DNA from: an uncultured Clostridiaceae bacterium
GTDB lineage: Bacteria; Bacillota; Clostridia; Clostridiales; Clostridiaceae
Length of the DNA stretch: 24,000 bases
Assembly: GCA_963780135.1 (NCBI GenBank)
Contig: CAWAAR010000003.1
Location: 3,709,701-3,733,700, forward strand
Reading direction: 5' to 3'
Shown here: in pieces, positions 9,542 through 16,564 of the stretch
Layout: each line of letters opens with the position of its first letter
How positions within the stretch are numbered: the first letter of the stretch is position 1
The notes under the pieces: generated by a model
What the model was told of the DNA's origin: nothing
What the model saw: the letters and a program-made list of their open reading frames with translations, nothing else
Databases searched by the model: none
Translations under genes and position numbers: made by a program

Positions 9542-10129
9542 TCATATTAAATATTTTAGCACAATGCAAGATTCATCATCATTTTTTTTACTAAATTTTT
9601 CTAATATTCCTTGTGCAATATTTTCAGCATTTTCTTTTAGTAATCCTCTACATTCAAAGGATTCAAAATGTTCTTTAATACCATCTGAATGCAAAAGTAA
9701 AATTTCTCCTCCATGAAGTTTTAAACTGTGTTTGTGAGGATTGGTTATTCTATAGCCAATGACACCACCTTTTGATACAAACCTAATAGGCTTTGGCCAC
9801 ATAATTCTAACAGTAATATTTCCTATTCCAACATAACTGAGTTCACCAGTTACCATATCTAAATTACATATTGCTGCAACAGCTCCTCTGGTTCCCTTTA
9901 AATGTTCATGCAGACCATTCATAATGTCCACTATGTCCTTACAATAATTATTCTCCAAGTATGTTTTTGCATATAGTGCTACTTTTCTTGCTTCTGATCC
10001 ATGTCCAAGTATATCAACTAAAGCCAAAAAACAATTATTTCCATACTTTTTAATAATACCTATATCACCACACTCTGATTCGTCTCCAAGTAATGCTTTG
10101 TAAACCATGCCTAACTCAATATCTGACAT
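9542..10129 (-). CDS. rsbX: RsbX-like PP2C-family serine phosphatase
   Basis: CFLALVDILGHGSEA..GTRGAVAAICNLDMVTGELSYVGIGNITVRI..GGEILLLHSDGIKEHFE; 195 aa from MSDIELG, adjacent to RsbT. ATG at 10129 overlaps the rsbT stop (TAATG); the ORF-track start is 4 codons upstream. Confidence 0.85.
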   Translation of the reverse strand: MSDIELGMVYKALLGDESECGDIGIIKKYGNNCFLALVDILGHGSEARKVALYAKTYLENNYCKDIVDIMNGLHEHLKGTRGAVAAICNLDMVTGELSYVGIGNITVRIMWPKPIRFVSKGGVIGYRITNPHKHSLKLHGGEILLLHSDGIKEHFESFECRGLLKENAENIAQGILEKFSKKNDDESCIVLKYLI

Positions 10130-10590
10130 TATCTCTTCCATTTACGTGCAAGCACACGCGTTCCCTTTCCTAATATAGCTTCAATATAAAATTCGTCCAT
10201 TATCCTTTTCACACTTGGCAGTCCTAAGCCTAGGCTATGAGGTAAAGAACTGTACTGTTCTTGCATGGCAAGCTCAATATCCATTATTCCAGGACCATTA
10301 TCCTTAGCAAATATTTCAATACCTACACGGCCATCATTTATATTTCTTATAAAACTAATAGTTATTTCACCTTTTTTTGCATATCGAATTATATTTGTTG
10401 ATAATTCAGATGCTGCAGTAGCAATCATAACCTCATCCGTACGCATAAAACCAGCTTTTACAGCCATCTGCCTTGTAACAAATATGATATGCCCATTATT
10501 ATGATCTTCTGCAAGCTTAACAAGAACCATATCCAATAAGCTCACAGTTTTGCCTGCAAAAATAGTAAAGCCATCTTCTATTTCATCCAT
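10129..10590 (-). CDS. rsbT: RsbT-like serine/threonine kinase (switch kinase of the stressosome)
   Basis: TRQMAVKAGFMRTDEVMIATAASELSTNIIRYAKKGEITISFI..VGIEIFAKDNGPGIMDIELAM..HSLGLGLPSVKRIMDEFYIEAILGKGTRVLARKW; N-box and G-boxes intact. Confidence 0.9.
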   Translation of the reverse strand: MDEIEDGFTIFAGKTVSLLDMVLVKLAEDHNNGHIIFVTRQMAVKAGFMRTDEVMIATAASELSTNIIRYAKKGEITISFIRNINDGRVGIEIFAKDNGPGIMDIELAMQEQYSSLPHSLGLGLPSVKRIMDEFYIEAILGKGTRVLARKWKR

Positions 10591-10616
10591 TAATAAGCAC
10601 CTCTGATTTTATTAAA

Positions 10617-10985
10617 TTAAGTCTTTGATACTAGTTTAAATCCCTGTTCTAAGTTAATAGCAGCTTTTATACCACTAACATCTACATTTAAATCTAATAG
10701 TGCTGACACAACTCCGGGTTTAAGACCAATCCATACAACATTAACTCCCATAAGTGAAATTGCTTTTGAAGCTTTTTGTAAAAACTTAAATGTATAAGAA
10801 TCCATTCCTTTTAACATACTTAAATCAAGTATAGCACTAACTATTGAAACGTTATTAGCTTTTGTTATTATTCTGCTAATACCTAGTTCTATCTCTTTAT
10901 CAGTAATTTCACTTGGCAGTGTTACAATAAGACACCCTTCTACTACTGTCACTGATGTTTTAAAATCATAATCAAACTCTATCAT
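10617..10985 (-). CDS. rsbS: RsbS-like single-domain STAS protein
   Basis: 122-aa STAS; VSAILDLSMLKGMDSYTFKFLQKASKAISLMGVNVVWIGLKPGVVSALLDLNVDVSGIKAAINLEQG; Ser in the GMDS motif matches the RsbS phospho-site region. Confidence 0.87.
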   Translation of the reverse strand: MIEFDYDFKTSVTVVEGCLIVTLPSEITDKEIELGISRIITKANNVSIVSAILDLSMLKGMDSYTFKFLQKASKAISLMGVNVVWIGLKPGVVSALLDLNVDVSGIKAAINLEQGFKLVSKT

Positions 10986-10995
10986 AGCATCTTCC

Positions 10996-11808
10996 TTATA
11001 ATTCTTTTTTATGTTTCACTTCTAAATTAAGTATTGAAAAAGCTTCAGCCAAGGCATCGCTTAAAGTAGCCTTTGTTTTTATGCTTTCCATGTCAATTCC
11101 TAGTTCAATAATAGTTTGTGCCACTGCTGGAGATATCCCAGAAATTATACATTCACAGCCCATAAGTTTTGTAGCCTTCGTTATTTTAATAAGATGATTT
11201 GCTACAGCAGTATCTACAGCAGCAACCCCATGAATATCCATTATTATAACTTTAGAATATGTTTCCATTATTTTGTTTAGCATACTTTCCATCATATGCT
11301 GTGCTCTCATAGAATCAACCACACCTACAACCGGAAGAACCAGAACTCCTTCCCATAATTCTATAGTCGGTGTTGACATCTCACGTATGGTTTGGCTTTG
11401 TTCCCTTACTCTTTCTTCATATTGAACTCTTTCCATTATATCAATGATAAACTCAAGACCTCCAATTATATTATCATTTTCATCTTTTAAAGGAACAGAA
11501 AAATATTCCATAGGCATTTTCAAGTTATTAATTGTTACTTCATTTCGTGCAGAACACATTTTTCCACTTTCAATAGCTTTAATCATACAACACTGCTCCG
11601 TATTACAATGCAATGAATTAAAAAGGTCACAACACCTTTTGCCTAAAATGTCCTCCTTGCTTTTCTTTACAGTTTTTTGTCCCGCCTTATTTATATAAGT
11701 TACTCTTAATTCTTTATCCACTGCCATTACTGTAGTTGGTATTTGATCAAGAATCTGCATTTTTATCGTACTATTTGCTTCCTCAAAATTTTCAGTGATA
11801 TTATCCAT
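10996..11808 (-). CDS. rsbR: RsbR-like stressosome protein with N-terminal Cys-rich PAS domain and C-terminal STAS
   Basis: PAS: TTVMAVDKELRVTYINKAGQKTVKKSKEDILGKRCCDLFNSLHCNTEQCC..; STAS: VIIMDIHGVAAVDTAVANHLIKITKATKLMGCECIISGISPAVAQTIIELGIDMESIKTKATLSDAL; both Thr positions equivalent to RsbR phospho-sites present. Confidence 0.9.
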   Translation of the reverse strand: MDNITENFEEANSTIKMQILDQIPTTVMAVDKELRVTYINKAGQKTVKKSKEDILGKRCCDLFNSLHCNTEQCCMIKAIESGKMCSARNEVTINNLKMPMEYFSVPLKDENDNIIGGLEFIIDIMERVQYEERVREQSQTIREMSTPTIELWEGVLVLPVVGVVDSMRAQHMMESMLNKIMETYSKVIIMDIHGVAAVDTAVANHLIKITKATKLMGCECIISGISPAVAQTIIELGIDMESIKTKATLSDALAEAFSILNLEVKHKKEL

Positions 11809-11875
11809 CTTTTCCTCCTAATAATTTTTTATTTACTCATAACTAACCACTCTAATACTCCTATCTTATTAAGTT

Positions 11876-11904
11876 AATATAACATATCATACTCTCAATC
11901 TCAA
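11876..11904 (-). promoter_or_regulatory. Candidate vegetative promoter for the rsbR operon
   Basis: Minus-strand TTGAGA (11899-11904), 17-nt spacer, TATATT (11876-11881), 68 nt before the rsbR ATG. Confidence 0.5.
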
Positions 11905-12070
11905 TTTATTTTTCAACTATCTAGTTTCCATATAATACAACTTATAACAAAGGTGTTTTTTTGTTTTTATTTTAGTTTACTTTAAATTTTAATTTACATA
12001 ATATTATATTTGTTAACTGCACTTAATAAAGCTTTTAATACTAAAAAATATTACATTAAATTGAGAAAAA

Positions 12071-12112
12071 CTCACCTTCATTGTCCTCTGTCAATTGATC
12101 TCTCAAAAAAAG
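12071..12112. repeat. Partial relic of the terminal region of the 19458-19741 element
   Basis: ctcaccttcattgtcctctgtcaattgatctctcaaaaaaag matches the right end cttaccttcactgtcctctgtcctatgtcaattgtcctctaaaaaatg with a small internal gap. Confidence 0.7.
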
Positions 12113-12124
12113 TTGTGTCACATC

Positions 12125-12153
12125 TTGCTTAAACTGCGAAAATTAAGTAATAT
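12125..12153 (+). promoter_or_regulatory. Candidate vegetative promoter for the REC-HD-GYP gene
   Basis: TTGCTT (12125-12130), 17-nt spacer, TAATAT (12148-12153). Confidence 0.45.
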
Positions 12154-12218
12154 AAGTTTAAGTAAACACAAAGTTTGTTAAAATCTAGCAACAAACTTAA
12201 AGGGAGGTGCAAAATAAC

Positions 12219-13337
12219 ATGAAAAAACTTTCTGAATGTATGGTGCTTATTGTTGATGATACGGAAGCTAATGTGGATATCCTTGTAGAAGCCTTTGGTG
12301 ACGATTATGAAATATCCGTTGCTATGGATGGAGAATCTGCTCTTGAAAATATAGGAATGGAATTGCCTGACATAATTTTATTGGATATTATGATGCCTGA
12401 TATGGATGGGTATGAACTATGCCGCCGTATCAAAGAAAATAAAGCTACTGCAGAAATTCCTATTATATTTTTAACAGCCATGACAGATATAGTAAGCAAA
12501 ACAAAAGGCTTTGAACTTGGTGCAGTGGATTATATAATTAAACCTTTTGAAATTCTTGAGGTAAAAGCTAGGGTACATACCCACCTGTCCTTGAGACTTG
12601 CACAATATGAGTTATCAAAGCAAAATGAACTTCTTGAGATAAAAGTAATAGAAAGAACAAAGGAGCTTAATCTTACCCAAGAAGCAACTATTGAAGCAAT
12701 GGCTTGTCTAGCAGAATATCGTGATCCTGAAACTGGAGGTCATATAAAACGCACAAAAAATTATATAAAAATATTGGCAGAGGAACTAAAAAAAACTTCA
12801 AAGTTCAAGGATATTTTGCTTAACGAAACCATAGAACTTTTGTACAAATCCGCACCTCTCCATGATATCGGCAAAATAGGTATAAGAGATGATATTTTGC
12901 TTAAAAATGACAAATTAACCCCTGAAGAATTTGAAGAAATGAAAAAACATACACTTTTAGGATATTACTCACTGTTAAAAGCTTCTTCAAAACTTGGTAA
13001 TAATTCTTTTTTAAAATGTGCAATGGAACTTACGCGCTCTCATCAAGAAAAATGGGATGGAACAGGTTATCCAGATGGTCTAAGGGGAGAAGATATTCCT
13101 TTACCTGGAAGACTTATGGCAGTGTCAGATGTTTATGATGCACTTATCAGTAAACGAGTCTACAAACCTGCTTTTTCTCATAAAAAAGCTGTTCAAATAA
13201 TTCTTGAAGGTAGGGGCCATCACTTTGATCCTGAGATTGTTGATGCATTCATGAATATTCATGAAGAATTCCGAAAAATTGCATATAAATATGCTGATTG
13301 TGAGGAAGAACGTACTGCCCTGAATAATTCAATTTAG
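12219..13337 (+). CDS. Response regulator with HD-GYP c-di-GMP phosphodiesterase output
   Basis: MKKLSECMVLIVDDTEANVDILVEAFGDDY (REC); EYRDPETGGHIKRTKNYI..SAPLHDIGKIGIRDDILLK..LTRSHQEKWDGTGYPDGLRGEDIPLPGRLMAVSDVYDALISKRVYK. ATG at 12219 chosen over the GTG at 12207, which lies inside the AGGGAGG RBS; also matches the paralog start MKELSEC. Confidence 0.93.
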   Translation: MKKLSECMVLIVDDTEANVDILVEAFGDDYEISVAMDGESALENIGMELPDIILLDIMMPDMDGYELCRRIKENKATAEIPIIFLTAMTDIVSKTKGFELGAVDYIIKPFEILEVKARVHTHLSLRLAQYELSKQNELLEIKVIERTKELNLTQEATIEAMACLAEYRDPETGGHIKRTKNYIKILAEELKKTSKFKDILLNETIELLYKSAPLHDIGKIGIRDDILLKNDKLTPEEFEEMKKHTLLGYYSLLKASSKLGNNSFLKCAMELTRSHQEKWDGTGYPDGLRGEDIPLPGRLMAVSDVYDALISKRVYKPAFSHKKAVQIILEGRGHHFDPEIVDAFMNIHEEFRKIAYKYADCEEERTALNNSI

Positions 13338-13358
13338 TTTTCAGCACCAAAAATTAAA

Positions 13359-13396
13359 CGGCTCTTGAAATCAAATTCAAGGCCGCTTGTTTTTTG
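13359..13396 (+). terminator. Rho-independent terminator after the REC-HD-GYP gene, possibly bidirectional
   Basis: CGGCTCTTGAA ATCAAA TTCAAGGCCG CTTG TTTTTTG; stem with one bulged base. Confidence 0.75.
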
Positions 13397-13411
13397 TTAA
13401 CAATATAAATT

Positions 13412-13612
13412 CTATTTATTATAAGATTTTTTTATTTCTCCAATATCCTTTCCACCAATACCAATATTCTCATCATCAAGTTCATGAATTACAACAGTAA
13501 ATGACTCCTTTGGAATCTTTGTAATTTCTGCTGTAGTTTCTGTGATGTTTTTGATAATTTCTCTTTTTTGTTCTTTTGTTAGTTTACCTATTTCTAATGA
13601 TATAACTGGCAT
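13412..13612 (-). CDS. 4-oxalocrotonate tautomerase family protein
   Basis: MPVISLEIGKLTKEQKREIIKNITETTAEITKIPKESFTVVIHELDDENIGIGGKDI; Pro immediately after Met at this start (ORF track begins 3 codons upstream). Confidence 0.88.
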   Translation of the reverse strand: MPVISLEIGKLTKEQKREIIKNITETTAEITKIPKESFTVVIHELDDENIGIGGKDIGEIKKSYNK

Positions 13613-13684
13613 AAAAAGCACTTCCCTTCATTTATATTTTATAATATCTTTAAATAATAAACAAATCATTATATACATTGTATC

Positions 13685-13728
13685 AAAGGAAAAACAGTTC
13701 AAAACACATTCAGTATTTTGAACTGTTT
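13685..13728 (-). terminator. Rho-independent terminator downstream of the DUF2167-like gene
   Basis: Minus-strand AAACAGTTCAAAA ... TTTTGAACTGTTTTTCC; perfect 13-bp stem with an 11-nt loop. Confidence 0.8.
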
Positions 13729-13737
13729 CTTAAATTA

Positions 13738-14736
13738 TTAATCTTTATTTTTTTCTTCAGTATCATTTATATGCTTATTGTCTTCTTGATTCTTTTCTTC
13801 AACATCATTTATTTGCTTATTGCCCTCTTTATTCTTTTCTTCATTATCATTTATATGCTTAAAAACATCATCTTCTTTTTCAGAAGGTTTCTTTTTAAAT
13901 ACACTTAATATTTTCTTAAATAATCCACCTATACCTAGAATTACTACTATCCATATTTTTTTAAATATAATTAATATTTTCGCAAATAAACCAGCTTTTA
14001 CAGCAGCCGCTCCTGCACCTCCTGCTATCAATGCTGTTAAACCTAAATCAGAAACTTTATCACCTTTCATGTAATCAGTGTATTTCTTACCTTCTTTGTA
14101 AGAATATTTACTGATTATCTTTTCTAATTGAGGTTTAACTTTGTCCATTTCATCTTTTCCTGCAACTAAAGTAACTTCAGTCACTCCACCACGTCCAAGA
14201 ATTCTTACGTTATAATTTACTAATTTTCCTTTATCATCACTACATAAAGTTGACCAAACCAGGTTATGGGTTTTTTCGTCATAATGTGGTTTTTCATCCC
14301 ACCCAATTACATTTAAGGTAGGTTGTCCTTTTTCCTTTCTCTTCTTATTATCTTCTTCTGTTCCCTCTTTTATATCTTTTAATAATTTGTCAGCATCTAT
14401 TTTTTTCCCTTGGTTATCTTTAACATACCCTATGGAATCAAATTCAAATAAAATATACCAATTCTGATTTTCATCTTTTGAAAAAACTATTCCCTGTTCT
14501 ATTCCAGTAACAGTGTTGTCCATTTTTTTCATTAACTTTTTTGCATCTTCTCCATTAGCAAAAATATAATCCTCTGGTAAATCCAATTTTCCTAAGTTGC
14601 TTCCTACATCTACTGTTTTAGGACCTTCTATCCATTTTACATCCGTTGGCGAAGATTCTCCCGCTGCACATACAGAACCTATATTAAATATGATTGCAGT
14701 TAGAATTAGTAATAAACATGTTAATTTCTTTTTCAT
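13738..14736 (-). CDS. DUF2167-like exported/membrane-anchored protein with repetitive charged C-terminal tail
   Basis: Signal peptide MKKKLTCLLLILTAIIFNIGSVCAAG; VKWIEGPKTVDVGSNLGKLDLPEDYIFANGEDAKKLM..; C-terminal TM region, then a (K/Q)-IND-EEKN repeat tail. Confidence 0.75.
   Translation of the reverse strand: MKKKLTCLLLILTAIIFNIGSVCAAGESSPTDVKWIEGPKTVDVGSNLGKLDLPEDYIFANGEDAKKLMKKMDNTVTGIEQGIVFSKDENQNWYILFEFDSIGYVKDNQGKKIDADKLLKDIKEGTEEDNKKRKEKGQPTLNVIGWDEKPHYDEKTHNLVWSTLCSDDKGKLVNYNVRILGRGGVTEVTLVAGKDEMDKVKPQLEKIISKYSYKEGKKYTDYMKGDKVSDLGLTALIAGGAGAAAVKAGLFAKILIIFKKIWIVVILGIGGLFKKILSVFKKKPSEKEDDVFKHINDNEEKNKEGNKQINDVEEKNQEDNKHINDTEEKNKD
13741..13857 (-). repeat. 42-bp tandem repeat (14 aa), about 2.8 copies, in coding sequence
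   Basis: Protein tail HINDNEEKNKEGNK / QINDVEEKNQEDNK / HINDTEEKNKD; DNA units attcttttcttc..atcattta.. spaced 42 bp. Confidence 0.9.
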
Positions 14737-15094
14737 AAGTTGTCTCCCCTTACTATTTTGATTTACGAAACCTTTTACACAATAAATACAAAATAAGACT
14801 TAACTTTACAATTTTTGAATTATTTATTGCTAGAAAATTATACCATGGATTTTTCACTAATGCAATATAAAATATTTAATCTTATTCAACTTTACATTAA
14901 AATAAATATATAACAATTTAAAAATGCCTTAAAGATTATTTCATGCTCAAATATGGTGCTTTTAATACTCATGTGCAGTGCATTAATAATAAACCTTCTA
15001 TGTTATTTGATTTTTTTATTATGGAATACAAATATGATAAATTTTTGATATACTTAAAATATGTATAAAATACTATTATTAAAGGAGAAAAACT

Positions 15095-15778
15095 TTGGAG
15101 AAAACAATAAGAGAAAAACTTTTTGAATTGTCAGATGAGGAGTATAAAAAATTTCACAGCAAATTGTGCCCTGGTACTTATAATATTATAGGAGTGAGAT
15201 TGCCTCTATTAAGAAAACTTGCTAAAGAAGTAGCTAAAGATAATTGGCGAAAATACATAAATGCAGCACAAAATGAATATTATGAAGAAATTATGCTTCA
15301 AGGTATAGTGCTTGGCTGTGCAAAAGCTGATGCTAACGAAAGGCTAAGTTACATTACAGATTTTATACCCAAAATTTATAATTGGGCTATTTGTGATAGT
15401 TTTTGTGCTGGGTTAAAATTTACAGAGACAAATAGATCAATGGTTTTAGAGTATCTTAAACCTTACTTATCTTCTGAAAAAGAATTTGAAATGCGTTTTG
15501 CTATTGTAATGCTTCTTGATTTTTATATAAAAGAAGACTATATAGACCAAGTATTGGTTCTATTAGATTCAGCAAAACATGAAGGCTATTATGTTAAAAT
15601 GGCTGTTGCTTGGGCTATTTCTCTTTGTTATATTAAATTCCCTGAAAAAACCATGGAATATCTAAAAAATAATACCTTAGATGATTTTACCTACAACAAA
15701 GCTTTGCAAAAAATCACAGAATCACTAAGAGTAGATAAGGAAACAAAAACTCTCATTAGGAGTATGAAGCGTAAATAA
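15095..15778 (+). CDS. DNA alkylation repair (AlkD-like HEAT-repeat) protein
   Basis: YNIIGVRLPLLRKLAKEVAKDNWRKYI..EEIMLQGIVLGCAKAD..IPKIYNWAICDSFCAGLK..; TTG start with AAAGGAG 7 nt upstream. Confidence 0.85.
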   Translation: MEKTIREKLFELSDEEYKKFHSKLCPGTYNIIGVRLPLLRKLAKEVAKDNWRKYINAAQNEYYEEIMLQGIVLGCAKADANERLSYITDFIPKIYNWAICDSFCAGLKFTETNRSMVLEYLKPYLSSEKEFEMRFAIVMLLDFYIKEDYIDQVLVLLDSAKHEGYYVKMAVAWAISLCYIKFPEKTMEYLKNNTLDDFTYNKALQKITESLRVDKETKTLIRSMKRK

Positions 15779-15855
15779 TAATACAAATATAGTATTTTAT
15801 TTAATTACAAAATAGATGTGTTTTACCCATATATTGTACAGTTGATTTTAAATTC

Positions 15856-15914
15856 AAATAACATAACAATCACTGTAAATTGCTTATCTACACTGCTTGT
15901 TATGTTATTTTTCA
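15856..15914. terminator. Long-stem hairpin between convergent genes, probable bidirectional terminator
   Basis: AAATAACATAACAA (15856-15869) pairs with TTGTTATGTTATTT (15897-15910), followed by T's; 14-bp stem, 27-nt loop. Confidence 0.6.
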
Positions 15915-15935
15915 AAATATTTAATAATGCAAAAC

Positions 15936-16436
15936 TTAGTTATCAAAAAATTCTTTGTGTGAAATATTTATATTATTATTAGCGCTTATTTTTAAATTAA
16001 AATTACCACCAGCATCTTTTCCAACAATTCTAACCAGATACTTTCCATTTTTAGGTGTAGTAAAATTTATATTTCCTTTATCTTCTGTTTCACTTTTTTT
16101 AGATACAATGTTATAGTCTGAATCTAAAACTACCACATAAAATTTACCTTTATTAATTTTTGTATTGTCATTTATAGTTACTTTATTGCCTTTGTCTGAA
16201 TTGAACTCCATTAAAGACCACTTACCTGTAAATTTACCAAAATCAAAACTTTGACCATCTTTAGTAATTTTTTCATTTTCATGACAATCAATACTTTTTT
16301 CATCTTCATTTCTACTTGATAAATAGCTATCTGAGATAATATAAGAAGAACTATTTTTATACATCTTTATTCCTATTACAGACCCTATTAATATAGCTAT
16401 CAAGCAAAAAATAACTATCTTGTTTCTTTTTTTCAT
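15936..16436 (-). CDS. Small membrane-anchored or secreted protein of unknown function
   Basis: MKKRNKIVIFCLIAILIGSVIGIKMYK anchor/signal followed by a soluble beta-rich-looking domain (FTTPKNGKYLVRIVGKDAGGNFNLKI). Confidence 0.7.
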   Translation of the reverse strand: MKKRNKIVIFCLIAILIGSVIGIKMYKNSSSYIISDSYLSSRNEDEKSIDCHENEKITKDGQSFDFGKFTGKWSLMEFNSDKGNKVTINDNTKINKGKFYVVVLDSDYNIVSKKSETEDKGNINFTTPKNGKYLVRIVGKDAGGNFNLKISANNNINISHKEFFDN

Positions 16437-16564
16437 TGTATTATCACACCATTTCTACGTATTATTAGCTTATAAGTAAATGATATACTTCTTAAAATAT
16501 AAAATCAAGTAACTTTTTGTATTTTCAATTACTTAATCTATATATCCATAGCTTATAATTTTTT

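Noticed and set aside
10265-11698. Plus-strand ORFs 10265-10504 and 11444-11698
   Set aside because: Antisense to rsbT and the rsbR PAS region.
12305-12499. Minus-strand ORF of 64 aa inside the REC-HD-GYP gene
   Set aside because: Shadow of a strongly supported receiver domain.
13741-13857. Possible CRISPR-like array
   Set aside because: Repeat units are contiguous, in frame, divergent and fully coding; no unique spacers. No other CRISPR pattern was seen in the window.
13678-14074. Plus-strand ORFs 13678-13908 and 13820-14074
   Set aside because: Antisense to the DUF2167-like gene and its repeat tail; Phe/Ile-rich artefact of the repeat complement.
16506-16536. Possible terminator between the sensor kinase and the small protein gene
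   Set aside because: Only a short imperfect A/T-rich stem (about AAGTAA/TTACTT); too weak to call.
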